Origin: a virus
Length of the DNA: 64,000 nucleotides
Virus record (IMG/VR): IMGVR_UViG_3300033153_010139
Coordinates: 1-64,000 of that record
Direction: 5' to 3' (one strand)
In this document: piece by piece, positions 1 to 7,427 of the stretch
How the letters are laid out: every line of letters begins with the position of its first letter
How positions within the stretch are numbered: position 1 is the stretch's first letter
The notes under the pieces: model-generated
The model's database searches: none
What the model was told of the DNA's origin: nothing
The model's input: the letters and a program-made list of their open reading frames with translations, nothing else
Position numbers and translations under genes: made by a program

Positions 1-14
1 CAGAGGTCAACACG

Positions 15-1100
15 ATGCCCACCGACTACCGCAAGTTCACCGCCCGTGACCAAGGCCGGTGGAACAAGAAGATCGCCAGGTCTGCGGTAGACCAGCTTGC
101 GCGCCCAGACGCCTGTGTCCTGTGGACGGCCGGCACGAACACGCGCGGTTACGGCGTGTTTCGGCTGCCGCCGCGCACCGTGCTCGCGCACCGCGCGGCC
201 TACGTGCAGGCACGTGGGCAGATCCCGGACGGCCGGCTGGTGCGCCACACGTGCGATACGCCAGCGTGCGTGAATCCGCGGCACCTGGTGCTGGGCACGG
301 TCGCCGAGAACTCGGCGGACATGGTCGCGCGCGGGCGGAACCTTGGGCTGCGCACTGGCGAGAAGAACGGGCGCGCCAAGCTCGACTGGCCCAAGGTGGA
401 CGAGATTCGCGAGCGCTTGGCCGCGGGTGAATCAGGCCGGTCGCTGGCTCGCGAGTTTGGCGTGACCCAGGCGACGCTTTCCGAGATCAAGCTCGGGCGT
501 ATCTGGCAGAAGCCGGGCGCGGCGATCGTGCCCAAGAAGCCGGGGAAGCCTCGCGGCATAAACCACTCGAAGCGCCGGCCCGTTGCCGATCTCTTCTGGG
601 CGAAGGTCAAGAAGGCCGGCCCAGACGACTGCTGGGAGTGGCAGGCCGGCAAGACGCCGGGCGGCTACGGCGCGTTCCGCTATCATCGCGCCGTTCGTGC
701 GGCCCATCGCGTCGCCTTCAAGCTGGAGCACGGGCGGTGGCCAGTGGATGACGCTGCACACACCTGCGCGAACCGCGCGTGCGTGAACCCCGCTCACCTC
801 GAAGACACGACGCGCACCGCCAACATGCAGAACGAGCAGACCCGCAAGCGGATCGCCTCGAAGGCCCGCGGCGGCCGGCGGAACACCAAGCTCACGGACG
901 ACCAGATCCGCTACGCGAAGGAGCGCTTCCGCGACGATCTTCTTCTATCCGCTCGCAGGCTCGCGGCTGAGATGGGGGATGTTGTTACGCCCGAGTGCCT
1001 GGCCAACATCAGGAAGGGGAAGACCGGGCGGCACGTGAAGGTCAAAGGCTTCCGGGCGCGGAAGGTGACTCCGAAGCAGATCGCGCGGATGCGGGCATGA
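15..1100 (+). CDS. HNH homing endonuclease with two HNH domains and HTH DNA-binding segments
   Basis: Two phage HNH motifs: GYG...LAHR...VRHTCDTPACVNPRHL and GYG...AAHR...AHTCANRACVNPAHL, each followed by an HTH-like segment (SGRSLAREFGVTQATLS). Confidence 0.85.
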   Translation: MPTDYRKFTARDQGRWNKKIARSAVDQLARPDACVLWTAGTNTRGYGVFRLPPRTVLAHRAAYVQARGQIPDGRLVRHTCDTPACVNPRHLVLGTVAENSADMVARGRNLGLRTGEKNGRAKLDWPKVDEIRERLAAGESGRSLAREFGVTQATLSEIKLGRIWQKPGAAIVPKKPGKPRGINHSKRRPVADLFWAKVKKAGPDDCWEWQAGKTPGGYGAFRYHRAVRAAHRVAFKLEHGRWPVDDAAHTCANRACVNPAHLEDTTRTANMQNEQTRKRIASKARGGRRNTKLTDDQIRYAKERFRDDLLLSARRLAAEMGDVVTPECLANIRKGKTGRHVKVKGFRARKVTPKQIARMRA

Positions 1101-1318
1101 GCGATCCGGGGGCGATTCTGGCTGTTGGAGACATCGTCCTCGACGCCCACTACGGCGCCTGCGTGGTCGAACACGGGCCCGGCTACGGCGGCGCGCTCAC
1201 CGTGCGCGTCCTGGCATCCGGCAGGACGCTGCGCCAGCACCAGAGCTGGTTCAAGCCCGCGCCCGACGCGATCACTGCGCTCGGATGGCTGCGGCCAGCT
1301 GACGCCAAGGCCGGGTAG
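1097..1318 (+). CDS. small SH3/KOW-like protein with C-terminal tag
   Basis: ATG overlaps the upstream stop (ATGA); LAVGDIVLD near the N-terminus; ends DAITALGWL. Confidence 0.55.
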   Translation: MSDPGAILAVGDIVLDAHYGACVVEHGPGYGGALTVRVLASGRTLRQHQSWFKPAPDAITALGWLRPADAKAG

Positions 1319-1345
1319 TCTGCGATGCGCGGGTAGAACGTTGTT
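1298..1345 (+). promoter_or_regulatory. GCTGACGCC box plus GGGTAGAAC -10-like motif (probable leaderless promoter)
   Basis: GCTGACGCC at 1298-1306; GGGTAGAAC at 1331-1339, 6 nt before ATG 1346; the motif recurs at 1908, 5838, 8276, 9932 and inverted at 8249, 9905. Confidence 0.6.
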
Positions 1346-1858
1346 ATGAGCAACTCAGGCGATAGTTTGGTTCGGGACATCAAGCGTGTCCTGTGTCTCT
1401 ACGGGCACAATAAGCGCGCAGAGGCCGCGCTTCGGAAGAAGCAAGCCGGGCGCATGGCGGTAAAGCTGGAGACCGTGCTCGGTCGGGTTGCTATCGATCG
1501 CGGGGTGTTCGCCGCGCTGCTGATGGCGCTCGCTCGCGGGCCGGTAACCGACGACGCGTGGCGACGCGCGACGAGCCAGCGCGGGACATCATCGCGCATC
1601 ACCAAGCGGGCCTCGTTCGACGCCTTCACCGCGATGCAGATGCCAACGTGCAACGTGAGCCCGCACAGCCAACGGATTGTCACTATTCGGGAACGGTGCG
1701 ACGCGAAGGTGATGAGGAACGTCTTGCTGTGGCTGCTGGACCACAACGCCGACCTGCTAACGACCAAGACCCGCCGCGCGGCGTTGCGGCACGTGTGCCG
1801 ATTCGGCGCGCTCGCTGGCGTGTCGGCCATCGATCAGCTCGCCGCGCTCGGCAAGTAG
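1346..1858 (+). CDS. hypothetical protein with C-terminal SAIDQLAALGK tag
   Basis: ORF directly after the promoter motif; carries the shared tag. Confidence 0.65.
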   Translation: MSNSGDSLVRDIKRVLCLYGHNKRAEAALRKKQAGRMAVKLETVLGRVAIDRGVFAALLMALARGPVTDDAWRRATSQRGTSSRITKRASFDAFTAMQMPTCNVSPHSQRIVTIRERCDAKVMRNVLLWLLDHNADLLTTKTRRAALRHVCRFGALAGVSAIDQLAALGK

Positions 1859-1943
1859 TGCTCGTTACCGTTCCATGTGAAGTTTCTCGGAAATTCTCGG
1901 GAGACGCGGGTAGAACGTTAACCAACCCGGAGGCGAGGTAGTC

Positions 1944-2432
1944 ATGAGACAGGAAGCACTGGTCGAGCTGGAGCGGATTCGGAGCGAGGACCCGGACGGC
2001 AAGCTGCACCCCGAAGCGGTCGTGGCCGGGGCCCGGCCCGCAGCCTCACCGCTCCACAGGCACTTCACTTGGGGTAACGACGAGGCAGCGCGGCGCTGGC
2101 GGCTCCACCAAGCGGGCAAGATGATTCGCATGGCGATCACGGTGCTGCCATCGGACAACACGATACCAGTGCGAATGTTCGTCTCGGTCGGCAGCGACCG
2201 AACGGCATCGAGCCCGGTCGGCAGCGGCGGCGGCTACCGCAGTGTCGTGAACGTGATGAGCAGCGAGGAGCTGCTCGCGGAGCTGCTCGACGACGCTCTC
2301 CGCGAGATCAACAATTTCCGCAGGAAGTATCGGCGGCTCACGGCGCTGGCGCCCGTGATCTCCGCAATGGACGACGCTATGGAACTCCTCGGCGATGGAG
2401 ACGACGAGGACGACGAGGACGACGAGGACTAG
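1944..2432 (+). CDS. conserved-looking phage protein upstream of the RAMP-like genes, acidic tail
   Basis: GGAGG RBS; LHPEAVV..ARP..SPLHRHFTW..DEAARRWRLHQA motif; GGGTAGAAC at 1908-1916. Confidence 0.75.
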   Translation: MRQEALVELERIRSEDPDGKLHPEAVVAGARPAASPLHRHFTWGNDEAARRWRLHQAGKMIRMAITVLPSDNTIPVRMFVSVGSDRTASSPVGSGGGYRSVVNVMSSEELLAELLDDALREINNFRRKYRRLTALAPVISAMDDAMELLGDGDDEDDEDDED

Positions 2433-2485
2433 GCTTTGCGATTCACCAGGACGGATAACCAACACCACCGGAGGCGAGTGGACAG

Positions 2486-3244
2486 ATGATCGGGACAGTG
2501 GAAAAGAAGGTCAAGAAGAAGGTCAAGAAGGCGGCCAAGAAGGCCAAGAAGAAGGCGAAGAAGAAGGCGGCCAAGAACGGGACCGGCAACGGCGCTGATC
2601 CCGGGTCCAAGGCACTGGCCATCCTCCCGCCAAACTTCCAGTGGATCGAAGTCCCGATCGTGGGCACGACGGTCTACGTGCAGCACAAGTGGAGCGAGAA
2701 GGCCAGGAAGGCCATGCGCGACGCCCAGGCGGCCGGCTCGTCGGCCAAGCGGAAGGGCGGGAAGCGCGCGCCCAAGGACTTCAACGCGCTCTACAAGGAT
2801 GCGATGCACCGCACCACCGACGGTGGCTACGGGATTCCAGCTGGTGCCTTCTTCAAGGCGCTCGTCTCGGCCTGCAGGCTGTGCGAGTTCAAGATGACGA
2901 TCGCGCGGCAGGCCCTCTACATCCAGGCCGACGCCGAGAGCGCCGATCCCGGTGACCGAGGCGGGCTCGTGCGCATCACGAAGGGCAAGCCGTCGCAGTT
3001 CGAGACGGCGGTTCGGATCCAGCAGACCACCGACATTCGCGTTCGGCCTCTGTGGGAGCCGGGCTGGAAGGCCACCGTCAGGGTGCGCTTCGACGCCGAC
3101 ATTCTCTCGATGGCGGACATCGCCAACTTGTTCATGCGGGCCGGGATGCAGGTCGGCGTCGGCGAGGGCCGCCCGGACACGCCGAGCGGCGGCATGGGCT
3201 GGGGCTTGTTCGAGGTGCTGACGCCGCAAGCGGCCAGCGCGTAA
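2486..3244 (+). CDS. RAMP/Cas7-like RNA-binding protein (paralog 1) with Lys/Ala-rich N-tail
   Basis: YGIPAGAFFKALVSA resembles the RAMP IPxSxxKG(A)LR motif; C-terminal Gly-rich loop GVGEGRP..GMGWGLFEV; GGAGG RBS; adjacent to the repeat array. Confidence 0.7.
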   Translation: MIGTVEKKVKKKVKKAAKKAKKKAKKKAAKNGTGNGADPGSKALAILPPNFQWIEVPIVGTTVYVQHKWSEKARKAMRDAQAAGSSAKRKGGKRAPKDFNALYKDAMHRTTDGGYGIPAGAFFKALVSACRLCEFKMTIARQALYIQADAESADPGDRGGLVRITKGKPSQFETAVRIQQTTDIRVRPLWEPGWKATVRVRFDADILSMADIANLFMRAGMQVGVGEGRPDTPSGGMGWGLFEVLTPQAASA

Positions 3245-3245
3245 G

Positions 3246-3860
3246 GTGAGAGCGGGTCTGAAAGCGCGCAGGGCGAAAGCCCGCAGGAAAGCCGCCCTGA
3301 AGAAAGCGTGGGCGGACAGCTCGAAGACGTGCACTTTCAAGATCAGGGGAACTGCGCGCTACGTGCAGTTCCCCTGGTGCAGCATCGCTCGGCGCTGCTC
3401 TTGCACTAGCCGGATGGTCAGAACGCACGTCGATCCCGAAAAGGGGTTCGACAGCTACGTCAGTCGGGAAGGCTGGGACGGGATTCCGTGGAGTGCGTTC
3501 CTCTACGCCCTAGTTGGGGCGGCATCGCTCGCGGGACTGTCAAAAGTCGCGGCTTATAATCGTCTGGTCGTGAACGCCGACGGGATCGACGCGTTTTACG
3601 AGAAGCCTCTGGTGAGGATCACCAAAGGCACGCCATCGGGTTTTGAGATGATGGGTCGTGTTCTCGCCGCGTGGGAGGCGGGCTGGGAGGCTACCGTCAG
3701 GATGCGCTACGACCCGGAACGCTTCACGTTGGAAGACGTTTTCAATCTGCTCGCGCGGGCGGGAATGCAGGTCGGGATCGGCGAAGGTCGTCCCGGCAGA
3801 CCGGACGGCGGCTGCGGCTACGGCACGTTCGAGGTGCTGACACAGCAGGCCGGCGCGTAG
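3246..3860 (+). CDS. RAMP/Cas7-like protein (paralog 2)
   Basis: Aligns by eye with paralog 1: LVRITKG, WEAGWEATVRMRYD, AGMQVGIGEGRPG..GCGYGTFEVLT. Confidence 0.7.
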   Translation: MRAGLKARRAKARRKAALKKAWADSSKTCTFKIRGTARYVQFPWCSIARRCSCTSRMVRTHVDPEKGFDSYVSREGWDGIPWSAFLYALVGAASLAGLSKVAAYNRLVVNADGIDAFYEKPLVRITKGTPSGFEMMGRVLAAWEAGWEATVRMRYDPERFTLEDVFNLLARAGMQVGIGEGRPGRPDGGCGYGTFEVLTQQAGA

Positions 3861-3872
3861 AGATACAAACCA

Positions 3873-3919
3873 GTAGAGGCTGCGCGGCGTGCGCTCCTTC
3901 ACGTCGCGCGGCTCTCTGC
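3873..3919 (+). other. stem-loop in the leader of the array
   Basis: GTAGAG-GCTGCGCGGCGTG pairs with CACGTCGCGCGGC-T-CTCTGC using G-U pairs; 8-nt loop. Confidence 0.6.
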
Positions 3920-3930
3920 CGGTGTGACAT

Positions 3931-5544
3931 GGCAGGCTAGGTTCGGCATGGCGCGGCTAGGTCCGGCCAGGCCCGGCGCGGTCAGGCACGGCAGGCAGGG
4001 TTCGGCGCGGCAGGGTTCGGCCCGGACGTGGCGGGGCAAGGCAGGCTGGGCAGGGCCAGGCTCGATTCGGCGTGGCTCGTTGCGGCGCGGCGGGGCAGGC
4101 ATGGCAAGGCCGGGACGGGTGCGGCGGGGCTAGGACTGGACTGGCAGGCACGGCGCGGTCGGCTCGGAGCGCTACGGTCAGGTCCGGCTCGGTCCGGCAG
4201 GGACTGGCCAGGCAGGCATGGCAGGGCAGGCGCGGTGTGGTCAGGTCCGACAGGGCTGGGCGCGGCGGGGCCAGGCAGGCTTGGTGTGGTAAGGCCCGGC
4301 TTGGCATGGTCTGTCGAGGACCGGTCAGGCGCGGCGCGGTCAGGCAAGGCAGGCAGGGTTCGGCAGGGCCGGTCGGGGTGTGGTCGGGCTCGGTACGGCA
4401 CGGCAGGCAAGGTTAGGCGCGGCTGGGCGCGGTTCGGCACGACTTGGCAGGCATGGCTCGGCAGGACTAGGCGGGGTCCGTCCTGGCCCGACGCGGTTGG
4501 GCAGGCGCGGCGTGGCTGGGCACGGTATTGCTCGGTTTGGCGGGGCTCGGCAGGGCAGGCGGGGTGTGGCCCGTCGAGGTAGCGCAGGGTCAGGCACGGC
4601 CAGGCCCGGTTCGGCAGGCGAGGACAGGTTCGGGACGGCTAGGCACGGCAGGCACGGCAGGCATGGCAGGGCCGCGCTAGGTTAGGCGTGGCGTGGCGAG
4701 ACCCGGCAGGCGTGGCTCGGCAAGGTTCGTCAGGTTTCGGCACGGCCGGGTTCGGCAGGGCAGGCAGGGTAGGGCCGGGCAGTGCGCGGCAGGGTCCGGT
4801 GCGATTCGGCTGGGCAGGCAGGGTCCGGCGCGGTTGGGCACGGTAAGGCACGGCTAGGCTCGGTCCGGTATGGCCGGGCAGGCAGGGTTAGGCATGTCGA
4901 GGCGTGGCGCGGCGCGGCAGGGTTTGGTGCGGCAGGCGAGGTTCGGTTAGGTCGGGCAGGGTTCGGCGCGGCCAGGCCGGGCCGGGCCGGGCAGGCAAGG
5001 TGAGGCACGGCGAGGCGAGGCTGGACCTGGCTGGGTCCGGCAGGCAAGGCTAGGCGCGGTTCGGTACGGCTTGGCGAGGCAGGCATGGTGAGGCCGGGCT
5101 AGGTCGGGAGCGATTTGGCAAGGTTCGGCAGGCATGGTTTGGCTCGGCCAGGTACGGCAAGGCACGGCCTTGGCACGGCCCGGCGCGGCAGGCAAGGTTT
5201 GGCAAGGCCGGGCGCGGCACGGCCTGACGGGGCTCGGCAGGCGTGGCGGGGCTCGGTTCGGCGTGGTCAGGCTTGGCGCGACGCGGCGCGGCAGGCGAGG
5301 ACAGGTTCGGGACGGTTAGGCGCGGCAGGGTCCGGCCAGGTCCGGCAGGCAAGGCTCGGTTAGGCAGGTCATGGCGCGGCAAGGACCGGCTCGGTACTGC
5401 GCGGCAGGGCAGGCAAGGTTTGGCACGGCACGGCATGGCGGGACGGGGCTTGGCTTGGCGAGGCAGGCGGGGTCCGGCATTGCCCGGCGTGGACAGGCAA
5501 GGCATGGCATGGTGAGGCGGGATTCGGCACGGCAGGCAAGGCAA
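3931..5544 (+). repeat. GGY-NN pentamer array, about 30 units delimited by 4-nt GGCA (putative guide-RNA array)
   Basis: Hand parse gives GGCA at 3931, 3990, 4040, 4094, 4143, 4211, 4225, 4274, 4348, 4402, 4446, 4500, 4554, 4613 and onward to 5462 and 5531; most are followed by 8-12 GG(C/T)NN pentamers; strong G skew; no credible ORF. Confidence 0.9.
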
Positions 5545-5557
5545 GGAGAACATCAGC

Positions 5558-5827
5558 ATGGACGATCCGGCCGACCTGCAAGGTCCGCCGCGCTACAAGC
5601 GCGGTGATCGCGTCGTGGGCTACTACGACGAACTGGGCGCTGGTGAGGTTACCGAGTTCACCGGCAGTGCGTACGGCGGTCGGTTCGGCGATTTGGCGCA
5701 CGCTTATCGCGTCTTGTGGGATCCAGTGGAGGACTGGGCCTTCGAGGGGGCGGTATTCGACGACGAGATCGAACCAGAGGGTGCCATCGACGGCCTGGCC
5801 GCGCTGGGGCGGCGAACGGCCAGCTGA
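5558..5827 (+). CDS. small SH3-like protein with C-terminal tag
   Basis: AAGGAG RBS at the end of the array; YKRGDRVV; ends GAIDGLAALGRRTAS. Confidence 0.7.
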   Translation: MDDPADLQGPPRYKRGDRVVGYYDELGAGEVTEFTGSAYGGRFGDLAHAYRVLWDPVEDWAFEGAVFDDEIEPEGAIDGLAALGRRTAS

Positions 5828-5854
5828 CGCCAAGCCCGGGTAGAACATTGGTAC
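5823..5854 (+). promoter_or_regulatory. GCTGACGCC-N8-(GGG)TAGAAC promoter motif
   Basis: GCTGACGCCAAGCCCGGGTAGAAC, 8 nt before ATG 5855. Confidence 0.65.
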
Positions 5855-6475
5855 ATGAGTCGGACCGCAAAGAACCTGTCCTCGGCGCAGGTCGAACGCC
5901 TGTTTCGAGCGGGCGAGAGCACTGTCGAGGAGGAGCGAATCGCCAGGGCGAGACTGCAGCCGTCCAGACGCGGCAGTATGCCCACCGCCGCTCGCGACCT
6001 CGCGCTGGCCCGGCTCGCCACCGCCGGATTTCGGCCCGCCGAGATGGCTCACATGGTGGTCGGGGACCTTGGCGACGCGTCCGTGCGCGTCGTGACGCGA
6101 ACACCGGGGCATGAGGTTGAGGGGCGCGCGGAGTTGAACCAAACGACCGCCGCATGGATCGGCAGGGCCATCCGCGAGACAGGTGTAGCGGGTGACCCAG
6201 AGGCGCCCTTGTTTCCGAGCAGGCACAGCCGCAAGCCGATGAGTACTCGCGCGATTTGGGACTCGATCAAGAAGCTCCTCAAGCGTGCTCGCCTGCGGAA
6301 CCACAGCGCGGAGGATTTGCGGCGGTTCTATCTGAGGCGTGTTGTTGAGGATTTGCGCCAGGAGCCGGGACCGTTCGACCTGGTAAGGTTCGCTGTTCTT
6401 GGCCGCTTCCAGTCGCTCACGCACGCGTTGCGCCACGTCGAGCCGGTGCTGCGCGCTGACGCCAAGCCGGGCTAG
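5855..6475 (+). CDS. tyrosine recombinase-fold protein with degenerate active site
   Basis: RDLALARLATAGFRPAEM, PLFPSR, HSAEDLRR, VLGRFQSLTHALRH; catalytic His, His/Trp and Tyr positions substituted. Confidence 0.7.
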   Translation: MSRTAKNLSSAQVERLFRAGESTVEEERIARARLQPSRRGSMPTAARDLALARLATAGFRPAEMAHMVVGDLGDASVRVVTRTPGHEVEGRAELNQTTAAWIGRAIRETGVAGDPEAPLFPSRHSRKPMSTRAIWDSIKKLLKRARLRNHSAEDLRRFYLRRVVEDLRQEPGPFDLVRFAVLGRFQSLTHALRHVEPVLRADAKPG

Positions 6476-6527
6476 TCAGCGCTGGCAGCATGCGCCTCTT
6501 GGTAGCATGGCCGACCAGAGGTCGATC

Positions 6528-7427
6528 ATGTCGCTCTACAACCGCATAGTCCTGTCCGAAGGCTCCGGCGACGAGCTGAGCGCCAAGGTAAAGGCGGTGC
6601 TGCACGGCCGCGATCACAAGGCTGCGCACGAGCTGGCCAAGTGGTTCGCCGCCAAGTTCCATATCAAGGTCGGCCGCACCCCCCGCGGCGGCAAGCAGCT
6701 CAAGAAGGACGCCGATGCGTTCTGGCACTTCCTGAGCACGAGCTGGAGCGTCTTTGGTGGCGTGAAACTACATGACCGCCAGCTCGGCGGTCGGGCGATA
6801 ACGAACGACAACTGGAAGGAGATCGAGCGCCGCTGGAAGGCGGACATCGAGCCCAACCTCCCTCAGCTGGTCAAGCTGTTCACCGACGAGGGCGGAACGG
6901 CGGTGCCCAGCGAGCTGAAGGTTGGCCGGCGGATCTACCGCAATCCGCAGGGCTTTACCGAGAAGAAGCTCAAGAGCCTGATCGCAAAGCTGGAGCCGGT
7001 TTGGAAGCAGGCCAAGGGGCGGCGTTCGCACGCGTTCGATGGCGATCTGGTCGTGGTGCTCCAGCGGCCGAAGGAGTTCCGGGGCACGGCCAAGGGCGTC
7101 TACAAGGGGCTGCTCGATGAGCTGTGGGTGCGGGCTACGCCGAAGGTGATGAAGCAGATGGGGAGCTACGGCGCGCTCGACTACATTCTGCTGCACGAGC
7201 TTGGCCACCGCTTCGAGAAGAAGGCGAAGGCGCACATGCCTCCGGTAGACTTCGATCGACCGGAGTGGCACACGACCAAGTACTCGCGCACGGACAGCAT
7301 GGCGGGTAGCGAGTCGTTCGCCGAGCTTTTCGTGCTGGGCATTCGCGACTGGCCGCACACGAACTGGGCCTCATCCGAGGCGGATGGCAAGGAAGTCATC
7401 GCCAGGTTCGAGAAGCTGATGCTTTAG
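6528..7427 (+). CDS. zincin-like (HExxH) metalloprotease-domain protein, possible internal head protein
   Basis: LLHELGHRF plus downstream ESFAELF; N-terminus MSLYNRIVLSEG. Confidence 0.7.
   Translation: MSLYNRIVLSEGSGDELSAKVKAVLHGRDHKAAHELAKWFAAKFHIKVGRTPRGGKQLKKDADAFWHFLSTSWSVFGGVKLHDRQLGGRAITNDNWKEIERRWKADIEPNLPQLVKLFTDEGGTAVPSELKVGRRIYRNPQGFTEKKLKSLIAKLEPVWKQAKGRRSHAFDGDLVVVLQRPKEFRGTAKGVYKGLLDELWVRATPKVMKQMGSYGALDYILLHELGHRFEKKAKAHMPPVDFDRPEWHTTKYSRTDSMAGSESFAELFVLGIRDWPHTNWASSEADGKEVIARFEKLML

Noticed and set aside
4225-4273. Possible self-target: this unit decodes to ..LGWTA, also found in the 15532 gene (SLGWTAY)
   Set aside because: Only 5 of 9 positions agree, which is compatible with chance. 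No systematic self-target search was possible by eye
3931-5544. Canonical CRISPR array or simple microsatellite
   Set aside because: No 23-47 nt identical repeats with unique spacers. Conversely NN is too variable and the GGCA punctuation too regular for a slippage satellite. G-quadruplex or origin roles are not excluded but do not explain the unit structure
3899-5607. Many overlapping Arg/Gly/Ala- or Pro-rich ORFs across the array
   Set aside because: By-products of the pentamer repeat: all frames give similar low-complexity text, there are no RBSs, and period 5 with 4-nt shifts is incompatible with codon structure
5855-6475. Functional integrase or prophage boundary
   Set aside because: Catalytic residues are missing; no att site or host genes nearby
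1298-6475. ADAK(A/P)G as a second protein C-terminal tag
   Set aside because: It is the translation of the DNA motif GCTGACGCCAAG..GGGTAG, which also occurs out of frame (5823) and intergenically (9917)
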